DNA of 64,000 nucleotides from Paraphysomonas bandaiensis (GCA_965644295.1 CBFFRP010000132.1:124001-188000); one strand, 5' to 3'; shown: positions 1-14,559, counted from the first letter of the stretch. A program made the numbers and translations. The notes: a model not told the origin generated them from the letters alone.

Positions 1-215
1 AAGAATCAATAAATAAAGACATCTGTGATCAGAAATCGCGCCGAAATTGTTCGGGAAGATCCCTCTAAAAAGTCGGGCACCCATCTTTTCGTGGTGTTCT
101 GGGGGATCAGTACCAGTACCGAGATATTATTCCGGGAAACTTGAGCCGCATATAATATATATATATAGTCAACAGATGATATTGTTCTGCCCACTCATAT
201 AGACAAATAAATACT
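1..215. repeat. Dispersed repeat (family B), degenerate; related copies at about 43180-43275 (inverted) and about 43900-44040
   Basis: Shared blocks CCCTC..AAAGTCG, CATCTTTTCGTGGTGTTCTGGG, GAGATATT..TCCGGGAAACT and GAGCC.CATATA..TAGTCA.CAGAT are visible by eye. Confidence 0.7.
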
Positions 216-924
216 TGAATTTATTCAGGATTCAGGCGACAATAAAAATTGCAACCCCAAATTGGCACGTACAAGTCACAAACTGAATCTGGCTGTTATG
301 CTGTTCATTTCAAATATAGGCATTCAAGCTTGTGGTGGATACGTTGACAAATTTATGCCGCTAATTGCAAACTCTAAAGAATGATGGTAAGCTCCATAGG
401 CAGCTATTATTTGCCCCTATCTGCCCACACTTGCAATCATGTCAGTATGCTATCATATGTTATAAAGTTATTGTTGTGATTAGAGATTGAAGTCGATAAC
501 TGCTGTAATATTGTAGGTGAAGAACAAAATAGTTTTGCCAAAAATAGAAATGCATTAAGTTAGAAATATATATGTTTCTAGCGGTCAGGTTTTCTTCACA
601 AAAATGAACTATATGTAGTCATCATCTTCAAAAGCAAAATTGTCATCATCCCAGTCATCAAACAAATCAGGTAGTCCATCCCTCTTGTTTGAGAGACCAA
701 ATAAATCTATAAGTTGATGACCGAGATAAATTTCGCTGGCAAGGTGTATTTGGAGGGGTCAATATAAATTTCGCACCCCATATATGTATATAATGGAAGC
801 AAATTTATCCAATATCTGTTGCCCATTGAAGTAAGCCAGTACATAGGTAATGCCACTAGACCAACTAGGAAACAGTTTTATAAACATCGACTACAATATA
901 TATAATACATCAGTGCATTTTAGG

Positions 925-1050
925 TGTAGTAGTGAATGACTTATTATTAGCAATAATAGGCGTTTAAGAGACAGCGCTTAACTCTGAAATCCTACCATTT
1001 AACGCTACGAAAGCTGCTTGTGTGTCACCGCAAGCACCACGGTGTAACAT
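925..1050 (-). mobile_element. Truncated solo-LTR-like repeat (family A)
   Basis: Starts TGTAGTAGTGAATG (reverse complement of the family end ...CATTCACTACTACA). Matches 42607-42720 directly and 6940-7050 / 44360-44500 in inverted orientation. Confidence 0.65.
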
Positions 1051-1610
1051 CCACAAATAGTGATGATTATGGCTAATCAATTTTACATTTTTTTCTGTGA
1101 GTGTCTGCCGGTGTGGTCTGATTACCAGTCCACTTTATCGTAATTGGTGTGATACTCATTGGACCATCTTTATAAAACCAGTACTACTCTAGTCCTCTAG
1201 TGTGATGATATACCCCTAAAGGATATGTGGTATTGACTGGTGAACCTGAAAGAGAACAGACGAATGTAAGGAAGACACTAGTTAGATTCATAATTATAAT
1301 AATGCTTTCTTTATAAACCAAGCAAGTATAAAGTGTACATAGTACAAGGTTAACTTCAGTGATATGTACAACTCTACCGCAATACTACTTCTATTTCAAT
1401 ACACTTGGGCACCTACATGTGATAGTAGAATTCTGGTGATATATACGAAAAAAGGTCATATTATATAGTTTGCTAAAGCACTATAAAATTATTACACATA
1501 TCGGGTGTTCAGCTTCGCAACGCTGCGACTCATACTGACGATATTTTAATGCATGGTTCCATAAAAGACACGTGGGAGAGTACTGATGGTATTGGCAAAA
1601 CTTCTACTTT

Positions 1611-4190
1611 CTAATAGTCGTACAATTTCAAGAACATTGTCTTTAATTGGCGCGCTTCAAAAGCCACATTATGCGTTTCCGGATCGGGTGGGACTTCTCC
1701 ATTTCCAGTGTCAATATGAGGTCCCAGTGTTGTTGCGATATTCTTGCCTGCAGCTTCGGCTTTTTCCAAAAATTCTAATATTTCATTCATAGAGGAGTCC
1801 TACGAAAGTGTTAAGTCACATAGCCTAACTACTACAATTGGAGTAGTCGTACTTTGATAATAAGCATGTGCTTAGCCATATTTTCCGCAAGAGCCAGGAA
1901 ACATCTCTTCGCATAATACCACCTGTGGAGAAGATGCCAATGAACAAGGACTTTCAAAACAATTAATATTACGTGTCCATATGCAGCTTCTTGTCATACG
2001 GGTCCAACGACTGGATATAAAACGTCAATGCAAATGAGGGAGCAGACAATTGCAACTACCTTTATAATCCTGGATATACCAAACTCGAAATTCCCCTTGG
2101 CACAGTAGAGAGTTCCAATGACTAAGGCGAACTCAATATAAGTCGGTGGGTCCATACGAAAGATGTCAAGCACTTACCGAGGTTTACGATACAGAGGTGG
2201 AAGCATTGCTTCTCCGGGTCAGTAAAGCTCTGTCGCTCCTCCTCTTTCTCGATCTTCCGCATAAGCTCTTCTGCCTCCTCATTTTGCGATGTCATGATGT
2301 AGCTCACACAGAGATTAGCTACAAACAGATTACATAACAATTCGTCTTTCACAGCAGATGATAAAGGAGAAACAATATACCTAGGACTATAGCCGTCACG
2401 TCCAACACAGAATCCAACAATCGCTTCACGATTGGGTCGTAGTACCTGTGCATATCATTGTTATTTACACTTTATATAACAAAGGACACAGTTTCCACCT
2501 AATAGCATCCTTGAACTTTGTTTCCTGCATGAAAAAAACATGCGCCACGTTCAGCTTCCACACCTACAAATCGCCGTTAACCGTAATAATAATAACAGTG
2601 TAGTATTCGTAACACATAAATGTATGACTATACCTCATGTTCTGAACAGAACTCTGAGGACTGGAAAAAAAGCTTTTCGACCATGGGGTAGTTTTCTCTA
2701 TCCCAGTAAATGCGAGCCTACATCATCGTTAGTGCCGCATCAGAAATCATTACCACTCAAACTTACCTGTGCCATCAGCACTGGTATATACCGCTCCAAC
2801 TCATCATCATACTTCTTGAGGCAGGATTTAATCATCTCGTTGTCACGTGAAATGCGAGCGTCTTGGATTTGTTTCGTGAGTTTCCGGAGCTGGTCGATAT
2901 ACTTCGCTGAGAGCTCGTCCAGTTTCCTATATGCCTCCTCCGGTGCAGTAGGGACCATAATACAAGCGTCAAGGTAGTCATAAAGCTCCTGAGAAAGATA
3001 TTTATACGTCAAATGACTGTTTTCTGCCAAAAGTCCGGCCGCGACGTCGTAGTTCTGATATTTGCAATGCAGTAGCAACAAGTTTCCGAACGTCTCCGGG
3101 GGGTACGGAGGGTTGGATATCAAGTAAGTAAGCTTCTTAAAGGCACCAGTAGGGTCATCATCAGCGTAAATGAGTGCTTGGTTATGTAGTGTAACTGCAT
3201 CCAGTTCATCCTCACGACGCGGAGGCATATCTGTCATCGCCTCCTTCGCTGCATTCGTATCGCTTCCGACCTTAGCGGGCTCGCTACTCTTCATGTCATA
3301 CTCAATAGCTGCCTGAAAAAATGTAAGTTGTACACAGAGACACAGAGAGCGTTATGCCTTTAAATTGAAAGCTTCTATCAAACAGGTCTCTTTTAACACG
3401 GAGCTATTGCCGACCGAACGCACATCCATGCCTGCGAAATATGTCATTCGCATACAGTATACCATCACGGGTGCACACCATCAGTATTGCTTCCCACTGA
3501 CAGCTCAGGATGACTGCGAACGCCTTTCTCAATGATCTCTGCAATATGACGCAGCGCAGGTCCATACTGCTTCTAGAAGTGGCATCATTTGAGTGACCAG
3601 TAAATAATATAGCAACAAGTACAACCGACCTCTCTGTAATAACACAGCGCTATATTCAGTGCAAGATCAGGCTGGTATCCCATAGTATTAATAGCTTCCA
3701 TGTACTGGTTACGAGCACTCTCATAGTTCCCCTCTTTGTAGGCAATAGCTGCATTGTTAACGAGAACGTCGGGGTCATCTGGTAGACACTGGTCCAAGAG
3801 ACTCTTGCACGAAGTTAACTCATCCTGCTCGTATTTAATTATTGCTTGTAGCATAAGTATCCTCTGGCTGTACTGCTCATTGTCTACTCTGACTGCACTT
3901 CTCGTGGCCTCTGGATACATTGCAGCTTTATACAGTGACTGCGCGTAGTATATCCTGTACTCATCCACATCCGGACATATCCCCAGCAGCTGCTCATAGT
4001 AGTGCGCTGCTGATGCGAAGTCACCGATGTGGTAATGACAGTAAGCCAACAGCGACAGTGCAGCGCGGCTTCGAGGGAAATTCTGATACTCTATTAGCAA
4101 TATATCTATGGCATCGTTATACTGGTGATCCTTGATCGCCCCGTATATAGTTGACGTGTACTGTCCCAGTGGCAGCGCCTGGTTATCCAT
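1611..4190 (-). CDS. IFT70: Intraflagellar transport protein 70 (TTC30/fleer/DYF-1), TPR protein, multi-exon
   Basis: Exons encode GQYTSTIYGAI, SRAALSLLAYC, DMPPRREDELDAVTLHNQAL, PPETFGNLLLL, YIPVLMAQ, HLCIVNL-IGTLYCAKGNFEFGISRI and WYYAKRCFLAL. Joined by short introns; ATG at 4190, TAG at 1611. Confidence 0.93.
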
Positions 4191-4760
4191 TGTACCGACT
4201 GAGTTACTTCCTGTGTTCAAATATATCTCCACTCAACCGCTAATATATCAGCAGCAGAATCAACAACTATCTAACTGATATCACTTGACTGTACAGCGCT
4301 CTCCAGGCATGTATGTGTGCACATACACATACATCATACACAAGTCGGTATGTATGTATACACAGACACACCTGCTGCCTTCTTGTTGGTTACATACATG
4401 CACCCGTTGTAGAAACAACTCCATTTTTGAATTAGAACTGAAAACATCGTTACTCAGTGTTCACTCAAGAGCAGCAGCAAACTATGTATTGAATTTTGAC
4501 GAGAAAGAAGAAATAGTGTTCAGAAATCTAAAAAGTGCGGTTTTCCGCATCCTAGTGGCGTACAAAGCAAGAACACCAGAATTTTGCACGTACCAAAAGA
4601 TGATTCTTCTGATTTGGAAGAGTGGCATGGCATGGCATGGTGTAGGTGTGGGTGGGTGTATGTGTGAGATACATACAGCTGCTGTATACACTCATAACAT
4701 ACTCCTGTGATAGTTTGGCTACTACACTCTTAAGCGATATGACCGCCGCGAGATAACGAC

Positions 4761-6227
4761 ATGTCCTCTCAAAGTTCCACTGCTATCGATATAGAAAACA
4801 CCTACGTCCCTCCCGCTGAACAGGAGCAACACCAGTCATCATGCTGTTCGTGTGTTTCATCTGGTAAGAAGAGTGATGACTGGGAGAATAGAGGCCTCTA
4901 TGGTACGAGATGGAGCACTGTGCTTATGGTTCTCTTCTGGTTCGCATCTGTTGTAATTGAGTCTGTTGGTCTCGGGTGGACTCGAGTGCAGTGTGATTTA
5001 GGCAGCGATGACGACACAGTCGTGGAGGAGTGCATGCACAGCAGTGCGGTCTATAGGATATGCAGCACTGTGGTGGTGGTGCTGTCAGTTCAAGGGCTGT
5101 TCTCATTGGTGTATCTGCAGATCCATGATAGCTACTGGATTATTAAGATTTTATTTTGTGTTGGCGCGAGTGCAGGTCTTTTGGTTCCAGCAGCAGACTT
5201 CTTCGATGACTCAGCTTTTAAGAATATTGCTCGTATTGGGGGTTTCATTTTTATTATATTCCTACAAACTATTTTGCTGGATTTTGCGTACTACTGGAAG
5301 GAATCATGGTTGGACAGCTCCTCCATCGCTGGGAGAGTAACCAATGCAACAATGCGCGGTTCGGATCTTGCAGCATGCATGAAAAGCTTTTGGCTAGCCG
5401 CTCTTGCCATTTTCTCATTAGTATACATTGCAATCTTCGTTGTTGCGATGGCAGTGCTGTTATCATTTTTTGGCGGGTCTGACTGCAGCGATAACGAAAG
5501 CATCATTAGTATATCTTTGGTGATGATGGTAGCGGCGCTTGTTATACAATTGTTCCTCACCTCTAATGGTTCAATTATCGCATCGGGAATACTGGCATCT
5601 TACGGTATTAGTACTAACATATTTATACTTATATATCTTACTAAGACATATAACAGTGGCGTACTTGACGTATACAGCTGTATCTTTGAACCCTGACCGT
5701 GAGTGTAATCCAACGATAAGTACGGAAAAGGTGTACGGTGTTGGCCCAAAGGTAATTGGACTTGTCTTAGCGCTGTTGTCCATCACCTGGACTAGTGTTA
5801 TGGCATCTAGACGAATAGCATCAATTCTTGGTGCCGGGGGAATTACACAGTCTGGTTAGTCTAAATTAATATTGCACCATCTATTTCATGTCATCTAAAT
5901 TTAGGTGTCCTCAACGTTGTTTCCGGGTCTCACTCTGGTTCAAAATCGAGCAATGTTAAAGAAAACCTTAAATCTCAGCTCCGGGTGACAGTAATGAACT
6001 TCAACATGATTTTCATCCTGTTGAGCTTCTATATTGCGATGATTCTGACTAATTGGGGAACAATCGTTGCCGCTGATGATTCACACTCTACGCATGGAGG
6101 TAACATATCTATGTGGATGCAGGCAGTGGGGGCGTGGATTGCTATCAGTTTTTATATTGTCGGTCTACTAATTCCTCAGTTCCGTATACTCCCAAGGTCT
6201 GTATGGGACCTTCAGCCGAAGGCTTAA
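4761..6227 (+). CDS. SERINC/TMS1-family multi-pass membrane protein (3 exons)
   Basis: Motifs SAVYRI, ARIGGFIFIIFLQTILLDFAYYW, FYIAMILTNW and MWMQ. ORFs 4761, 5539 and 5985 are joined by GT-AG introns at about 5605-5657 and 5855-5904. Confidence 0.82.
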
Positions 6228-6776
6228 CTAGATTATGGCACATGTATAGTATCTTATTTAATTTGTAAATGTGAAAATGTATGAAATTTGGAGGATAAGG
6301 TGTTGTAAGTTTCGAAGAAGTGTAGTACGCAATCAAGAAAATTTGCTTTGATTTAATATTTGTTTCCTGGTAAATGGTCAAAAGGTTTTACTTTAACGCT
6401 TATTCGTTACACGTAAGCATGTCGTCATATCATGATAGGAATCCTAGTAGGGGTATGCAATCCTTTTTTCGCAGTGCCTCATTTGACAAAGGATAAAACA
6501 GTTTGGTTTCAAGTTGTATACCTAGTACTAAACGAGTTAGGGAAAATAAGAAGAGGGGGACTCTGTCTCTATACATATAGTCAACTTTACCTTATTTTAG
6601 TACATTGCTACCTTGGATCGTTGAGGTAAATTAAATCGTTAGAACAGATAGACAGATAGGTTACACTATGAATTACGTAATCGTTAATTGTAGACACAAT
6701 TGTGGCATTTCACATTAAGTATATTATTTGCATATTGTTAGAATTCTAGCACCAACCACGAAACCACTATCTTAAA

Positions 6777-7050
6777 TGTAGACGTCTTTGGGCCTTGACG
6801 AATAAACAGATAAACAGGCTACCGGGAATGGGCCCACCTCAAGGGCATCCGGGATATAGGACTCAGAGCCCTAAAGTCAGCAGATGTCAGATATATCAAA
6901 ATTTGAGTTTGAATTGAGATTTGAGCGATAGAGCGAAAATGGTTGCATCTTGGTGCTTGAGACGACGCACACGCACAAATAGTAAGATATCAGAGTTAAG
7001 CCTGAAACTTAAACGCCTATTATTGCTAATAATAAGACATTCACTACTAT
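6777..7050 (+). mobile_element. Solo-LTR-like repeat (family A)
   Basis: Begins TGTAGACGTCTTTGGGCCTTGACGAATAAACAG, identical to the start at 44155. Ends ...CATTCACTACTA. Family termini are TGTAG...CTACA. Confidence 0.7.
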
Positions 7051-7428
7051 AGCTATACAGATTTTGACTATGTATTACAGATTTTCCACATTGTAATTAA
7101 CGAACAATATAGTTCTATCTTATGAAGATATATATGGTTATCGCAAATCATTGAGTGATAGTCGATAGCCGACACTGCCAAACAGAGAAGAGCGAAGTGA
7201 TACTGACAATAATTCATTTGTTTGAATGATATAGGGTTTGTCCTATCTGTACGATTACTTCTATCTATGTCACCTAGGCATATTGCTAAAATTGTGATAC
7301 CTTTGATGCTTCAGCAGTTTCATTTGACTACGAATTCAAAACTCAAATAACAAAACATATTCTTGTATTGTGGTTCCTACGTTATTATAAAACACATGGA
7401 ATACAAATATAAATATGAAGAAATAATA

Positions 7429-10211
7429 TCAATAAGGAGGAATAGGCCTATGAGAATTCGGATCTAGCATCCTTGTTGGATGGGCTTCAGTGTTGAAAAC
7501 ATACTTCATCAAATCCATTTCGTTGTCAGGATCCTGCGCCAGGTAAAGATATTTCATAGTTTCAGCAAGAAAAAATGATTCCATGCGATTATCTACACCG
7601 GAGTGGGCGTTATTTACATCTCTTAGAGACCCATACCCCGCACCGAGCTTGCAATGCTTATCTATGGCGGTCCATATTTCCCATGCCCACTCTCTGTAAA
7701 TAGGATCTCCAGTTAACTGGTTCATAACAAAGAGGCTTTCGGCAGTTTCTGGACGCAGGATATAAAACGGGGCAGAGGTACGCGTGACCATATCACGTCC
7801 ATCCTGGAAAGTAACGAATTCCGGTGCAATACCCGTCGCAGTTCGGTGATACATCTCCCGGCAGGTATACATAAGGGCCTTTGCGACGGCGAGATCCCGC
7901 TGGGCCCGAGGTGAGTCTAGCCCTTGGGGATCAGTGTATGCCCCCAGCGTCATTGTTCCTGGCATGAAGCACACCAAGTGATCCATTTTCAAATTGTTGT
8001 GCCTGCCATCCCAATCAGAAAGAAAGGCCAAACCAGATGGCTTAGATGCCTTGAGTAGTGTGCCGATGACACCCTCGATCGCATTGTCATACATCTCGCG
8101 AAGCCAGTTCTCTTGCCGTCCTCCTTGCAGCCAAACTTTCAGGAGATACTCATAGAATGAGTCCCCCAACGCACCGAAAGTAACTGTTTTGTCGGTGAAC
8201 TGTCCATTCGAAATACTCACTTTAATAGGGAACAACCCGTGAGGTGGCTTCCGCTGATTCATAACTTGCAGGGCACGCATACTGGTCTTCTCGTACGAAG
8301 GATCCCCCGTGATATGCGATAGATATCGAAACTCCACTTGTAACGTGCCCAGCTCAGATCTGTTCATTACACAAGTTAGATTTTACAACGTACTGGTATT
8401 TAATTCTCACAGGATTGCTGAACCCCCAGACCATCCACTACTAGCATAGCCCGATGAAAGGTCAACTTGACTGCGAGGCAGACCGATCCCACCATCGAAG
8501 GCCCGGATCAGCCTATTACCAAGGTCTTTGGCCTTCTCTAGGAACACCTTGCTTCCAGAGAGGTCGTACGCTGATAGAAGTCCGCCTAGCTCCCTAATTG
8601 TGGTCTCAAACACAGACACTTTCCCAACCCTGGAGAAACTCAAGGATTGGCGCACCCATTCAGTCGCTTCATCAAACTCCTTCTTCATTCCCATCACCCT
8701 GAAAACGTGGGCAAAAGGTTACATGAATGCGTATTTATGGTAGACGCTATTCATACCAGAGAGTATCTAAAGAGTCCACTAGAGTGACTCCCATGCCACC
8801 CCAGGGGTCTCCTCCCGTCCTGGTTGCTGGTTTCAGTTCATCCCTACCCCATGCATGCTTGCGATATCCATCCCATGCTGTTGCCATACCTCGTTTTATC
8901 TCCTCTCTTCTGATCCTACCCTGTCGATCACTCTCTTCCCTCATCTCATCTGTCACCAATCGTCCTCCCACCCCATCCACTAAGGCTATTCCCACACCAG
9001 ATACACCTCGCCCTGGAGGAACCCGGGCAGGGAAAAAATACATCCCCTTCAAGCCAGACACAGCATCAAAAGTCTCCTTCTTTCCCATCGCCGAATCTGG
9101 GCCAGCGCTTACTGCGGAGGAGAAGTCGCTAAATTCAAATAACGCTAGCAACCCATCCCCTGCACCCTTGTTCCTATCGGCAGCGTGCATCATGGTGCGC
9201 ACTACTCTGTCCTCCTGCCCGGGATCTGGGTGCGCAACGGCGAAGTGGCTAATATTCCCATGTAGTGGATACTTACCTCCCCCGAACGACCCCACAACCA
9301 TAGCCCTCGCAGACTGCACGGTATGAGTTTGCAAGTCCGATCGGCCAACCACAGTACCATCAATGTACAGCTCAACCACCTGGCCAATTAGAGACACAGC
9401 CACATGATACCACTTGGTAGGCATAAGCTGAATCCCATTAGAGCTGACTTTATGACATCCGGACACTGTGTTGCCGAATTCAACATAGAGTTCATGATTG
9501 GATGTCTCCCACTCGTTAACATACATCGCAACACCGAATCTATCCGGTGTACCCTCACATCCAGAGTCCTTGTTTGTGAAGATTGTCCGCATATCTCCTT
9601 CCACTGCAAGGGGGTCGAGATATACCCAGGCGCCTATAACTAGGTTTGATGCATCAAGAGTGGAGGGGCCCTCAAATGCGACGTTGTCTCGTACGTGCAT
9701 AGACTGAGCGAGGTGGCGGGCATGTTCTGCGCCGGATATTGGGTGGGACTCTTCGGAGGTAACAGGCACACCATCGGGAATACTTTTCTGAATGTGTGGT
9801 TCCCCTTGGGGCATGCTAATCGGCTGAGCAGCTAACCCGGCACCAGACGTTAGCACTCCTTCCGATGACAGAGTGGGGTGATTATTACTATGCCGTAGCA
9901 GTCCCTGCATGAGCGGTGGAGTCATATTCAACCCACGGAGGTGCTGTGAACCCCATTTCATGACGACATTCTTTGTACCTGGAAGAGAGCTTTGAGAGGT
10001 CGACGATTGTCCCCCACTGTCAACAAACGACGACCCAAAGTATATTCCACTAATAAAAAACAGTAGCAGCACCGGAGAAAACAAAAGTAATGTCACAACG
10101 AGCGATCCTTCTACGAACTCATCATTAAACGTAAACACAGCTGCAATTTAAATCACCTTGATTCTTTTTACCGGACGAAGGCTTCGCACGAGGAAATATC
10201 GGCGGAGGCAT
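7429..10211 (-). CDS. GH47 alpha-1,2-mannosidase, type II membrane protein, with a LamG/ConA-like domain in the stem
   Basis: Motifs [84 protein letters not shown] and FNTEAHP. N-terminal TM segment. The start at 10211 is inferred from a short first exon. Confidence 0.92.
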
Positions 10212-10774
10212 AAGACTCACTAAAAGGCAATAGACTTCTACGCTTTACAAGTGAAAACTGACCACATAAACGACTCTGTTTAATTATCCTCACAAAAAAA
10301 TGAAAAGAAACTGCCACGATACGTGTCTACCACCTCCAGCGAATAGAATCAACTACGATGTGTTACTTCGAGCGGTCCAATCAAAACAATTGCAAAGGAA
10401 CTATTCTATGGTGCGATTGCCTCTCGCTCCATATACACTGTGCATGTATGTGCATATATATGACAGTTGCTTGCAAAGTCCCTGCTGCTACAGGACTATG
10501 AGTATACAATAGGAATACATAGTATACCACCGTATACCTTTACAATCAAACCACTGCTGTGAATACGGTGGATAATACAGACATACATACACGATTTCCA
10601 GCCGCAGATATTTTCAGTTTTATCACTAACGTCTGCTGGAGATACCTCGATTGACTGTTTTGCTGTGGTTCTCAAAAATGTGTACTTGGCGGAGAGTGTA
10701 TGTGTGATATGTATGTGAGTCAATCATCTGGACAATAGACAATTTAATTCTATTAAAGAGGAGTTATTATAGTC

Positions 10775-11325
10775 ATGGTAAGTACTTCAATTGGGGTTGA
10801 TTCATTTTGTGTTATGGTGTTTCCAGGCCGAGAAGAAAGAGAAAGCTGTCGAAGAGAAAACCACCCTTGCCCCTAAGGTTGGAGAGGGAGAGGAATATTT
10901 CGCTGTGGCACACATCTTTGCGTCATTCAATGACACTTTTGTGGTACGTGGAGAGTTAAAATTGTATTATTAGTTGATTTAATTAACACTAATAGCACAT
11001 CACTGATCTCTCTGGTCGCGAAACTCTCTGCCGTGTTACCGGTGGAATGAAGGTTAAGGCAGACCGTGACGAGGCATCCCCCTATGCTGCTATGCTTGCC
11101 GCTATGGATGCTGCTGCCCGCGCAAAGGAGCTTGGAGTTACTGCCATCCACGTTAAAATCAGGGCTACTGGTGGAAACAGAACCAAGACCCCTGGACCTG
11201 GTGCCCAGTCTGCCCTCCGTGCCTTGGCTCGTGCCGGTTTGAAAATTGGACGCATTGAAGATGTTACCCCTATTCCCACAGATTCCACCCGCCGCAAGGG
11301 CTCTCGCCGTGGTAGAAGACTTTAG
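10775..11325 (+). CDS. RPS14: 40S ribosomal protein S14 (uS11), 3 exons
   Basis: ATG|GTAAGT micro-exon, then [53 protein letters not shown] and RRGRRL*. Confidence 0.97.
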
Positions 11326-11776
11326 ATCTGCATTATGGCATGGTTTCTTTTGTCGTAGCCGTCTTGCTGTAATTACTAATAACTCCCTCAAATAGTCTGC
11401 ACGTCTTAAATCTTTATTACTACAGTAGAGCTAGTTGTAGTCCTTGGTGTGGTGTAATTTACAACTTCTTGTGTAGAATATAGTCATCAATAGACCTTAC
11501 TGAGATAAGATTCAAATTGGTACCTTCGTAGTACTTAGATTTTCCATTTCACTCAGAAACAAAGATGCAACTTCCACGTGCACTGCATAACTTATTAACA
11601 TGTACGTGCCGTAGAATCTCAAATGACACTTTTTATTTCCTGCTACTACTTATGTAATAGATTGTGGTTCATCTCACCAAAGCATTTTCCAGCTGTTTTA
11701 TATATATGACCAGCAGCAGAGTATCGAGAGGTTAAATTATTTACAATGTGAAGTCCATTACTAATATGTATACTAT

Positions 11777-12631
11777 CTATTTAAACATATGGCGGATAGT
11801 AAGGGACGTTCTCACACCTCTACATATCTCGTCCTCGCTGCCGACAGACTTAAAAATGAATTAGACATGACCAAACATACGATATGTATACGTTACCTGA
11901 TTAGCCCTTAAGAGATTCGGGAGGGCTCTACAATCATCTACAGGGCGTGCCACAATACCATGCATATAACATGAATAGGCTTCATTTGAGAAGAATAGAA
12001 TGCTCCGAGGCTTAAGTATGATATTAACAACTTCATCAGCTGCTGCTATTCCCAATTCCTCTGCCTTAAGGCGCGGACGGAAGCTCATCACAGCCGGAGA
12101 ACCCAAACTAATAATCACTACCTTGTCCAGATACAAAGGGCCATCAGTATGGTGCATTATTCCTTCGCCAGGTTGATACTCATTTATGAGAACATGATTT
12201 GGAGGGAAATCTGAGTCGAAAAAAGCATCACAAACAAATTCCGAAGCTAAACTTTGCAGCCATGCCGGAAGGTTGTCACCATTCGCATCCCGACATGAGT
12301 CCTCCGTGTCAGATGGAGGAATTCCACCCCAACACTGTAGTCGCCGTGTCTTCAACTGTTTCCACACGCCCGGTTTAAGACCAGATATCCGCACATACTC
12401 TAAGATTTTGTCTTCGGCCTCAGATGACAAGGCGTCCTCATAGTAACGTATATCTGGAATTTCTGCACTTATAGAAGGGACGTCTTTAACTATACCATTG
12501 AAACTATGCTCCTCACACTGACTCGACTCGCTTTCGTCTACATAATTAGCTGCAGGGGCATCATGCTCCTTAACACTGCTACCCTTCGATCTCTCCTTTT
12601 CCTGCTTAACAAATTGACGCCATATACTCAT
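11777..12631 (-). CDS. ALKBH6: AlkB-family 2OG-Fe(II) dioxygenase, ALKBH6-like (2 exons)
   Basis: RRLQCWGG, PNHVLINEYQPGEGIMHHTDGP (HxD), YMHGI; the last exon supplies RTSLTIR. Confidence 0.8.
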
Positions 12632-12983
12632 TTCAACTGCTCAATGAAAGGCAAATCCCCTTATCGACCAGCTTGGCGTTCATTTAGAGAGCAGTCGAGA
12701 GCGTGCAGGCGATGAGAGATGAAGTGGTCTCACTCTCATTGTATACTGTATATATATCTATATATGGCAACTCATGTACAACATCCACTGCGTTGTATTT
12801 TTACTGTATTTATCTGTATTTCAATGAAATTCGAAATCTGAAGTGATGAAATGAAGTGAAGTTACATACACACACATACATACCTCTATATGGAGAGAGT
12901 GGCTCATACATACTTATGTGTATGCCTATATAGACAGATACGTTCATAGATACTCCTCGCAGTGTCGTGTCCATTGAGTGCTC

Positions 12984-14299
12984 ATGGCTCTGGATGCGTT
13001 GAAAGTACCAGTGCACGTGGAGGTCCAGCTGCGTCCCCATAAAGAGAAGGACAGAGCCTTAGAGATAGCTGTGTCGGATATGTTCCGCGGAGTGCCTCTG
13101 CTGTCTGATGGGTTTATAGACATACCCCGTGACACAGACATCGCCTCAGATGTTAAGTATATCCGTGTGTGTGATCTAGGCGAGCAGGAGGTGTCTTACT
13201 GGAAGGCAGATCTCATATTTCATTTCTATAAGCTGATAGAGAGTCCACCAGAGAAGGATTATCTTGACGGTGAAGAGGAGCTTCCTGCGTGTGAGCAGTG
13301 GGAATTGCCGAACCGTTCGTTGTGTCTGTTATGGGATGCAATAGTATGTGATAATAGCATAAAGAGTCATTTACTTGGCTACGCCACTTCTGCAATGATA
13401 TTCACCAGTGCCGGTGTAAACAGTGATATTATTACTTGGAATCGCATGATCCTACTTCACGGACCTCCTGGGACTGGTAAGACTACTCTATGTAAAGCTT
13501 TAGCACAGAAAGTCTTTATCCGTAGTAGTTCGCACTTTACATCTGGAATACTGCTGGAGATAAATTCCCACTCACTTTTCTCGAGGTGGTTCTCCGAGTC
13601 CGGGAAGTTGGTAAGTGTACATATAAATGTATCAACGACACATGATCCTTATCGAATAGGTAATGAAACTCTTCAACCATATTGCTGAAATTGCTGACGA
13701 CCCCGATATGCTGGTTTGTGTACTAATCGATGAGGTCGAGAGCATCGCATCATCTCGCCAGGCAGTATCCAGCAGCGAACCAGGAGATGCGGTCAGAGTT
13801 GTTAATGCAGTACTTACCTCGCTTGACTCTCTCAAACGTCGTCCGAATGTGATGGTGTTGTGCACGAGCAACATGTTGACATCTATCGATTCTGCCTTCC
13901 TCGACCGTGTGGACTTACAGGTTAGTCTCGGACCTCCGGACCCAACAGCCCGATATCGTATACTTCACTCGTGTATTGCTGAGCTGGCTCAAAAGGGTGT
14001 CGTCCTCATGGACAGCACGATCACCAATGACCCTCCACTAAACTCAACTGAGGATAGTGATTCGAAGCTGTTGTGGAAGGTTGCGCAAGACTGTGAGGTA
14101 GGCATCCGCCGATTTTTTGACATTGTATGATAACTGCGAATTCGGTGCATCACAGGGTATGAGTGGTAGAGCGCTTAGGAAGCTCCCTCTTAAGGCACAC
14201 GCATTGTTTTTGCAAAGATCACAAGTGTCATTACATCAATTTTTATCAGCACTGTCACGTGCAGCTGTAGAACCATGTCGGTCGATTGCAGATATATAG
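12984..14299 (+). CDS. PCH2: Pachytene checkpoint AAA+ ATPase PCH2/TRIP13 (3 exons)
   Basis: WNRMILLHGPPGTGKT, EINSHSLFSRWFSESGKLV, VLIDEVES, RVVNAVLT, AFLDRVD and GMSGRALRKLP. Introns at 13611-13659 and 14098-14155. Confidence 0.93.
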
Positions 14300-14559
14300 C
14301 TGTGGTTACACTCATTGTATATTTACTTTGTTGGATATGAATTAATTAACTACTTAATATATATTCGTATTTTATGAACTCTGTTCTCTCGTCACTCAGA
14401 ATGTTAGATAAATGCGAGAAGTATATTATTCAGTTAGGAATGAAACTATGGCTTCTGCTGATTCATGCTGCGGTATAGTCACAATCGTGTATCAAAATAA
14501 TGCCATCAGTCGATTGAATAAATGGTAAGTTAACCATAGACTTAGTACTTAGCATAAGT

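Noticed and set aside
610-730. Acidic minus-strand peptide (PDLFDDWDDDNFAFEDDDY)
   Set aside because: Too short and with no supporting exons; possibly a decayed element.
4285-4710. ORFs in the IFT70/SERINC divergent promoter, and similar ones at 10300-10723, 12810-13040 and 18445-19185
   Set aside because: These are CA/TG-rich intergenic sequence with no domain signal; likely spurious.
10927-11391. 154-aa antisense ORF over RPS14, and other antisense ORFs over long CDSs
   Set aside because: Shadow ORFs caused by codon bias on the coding strand.
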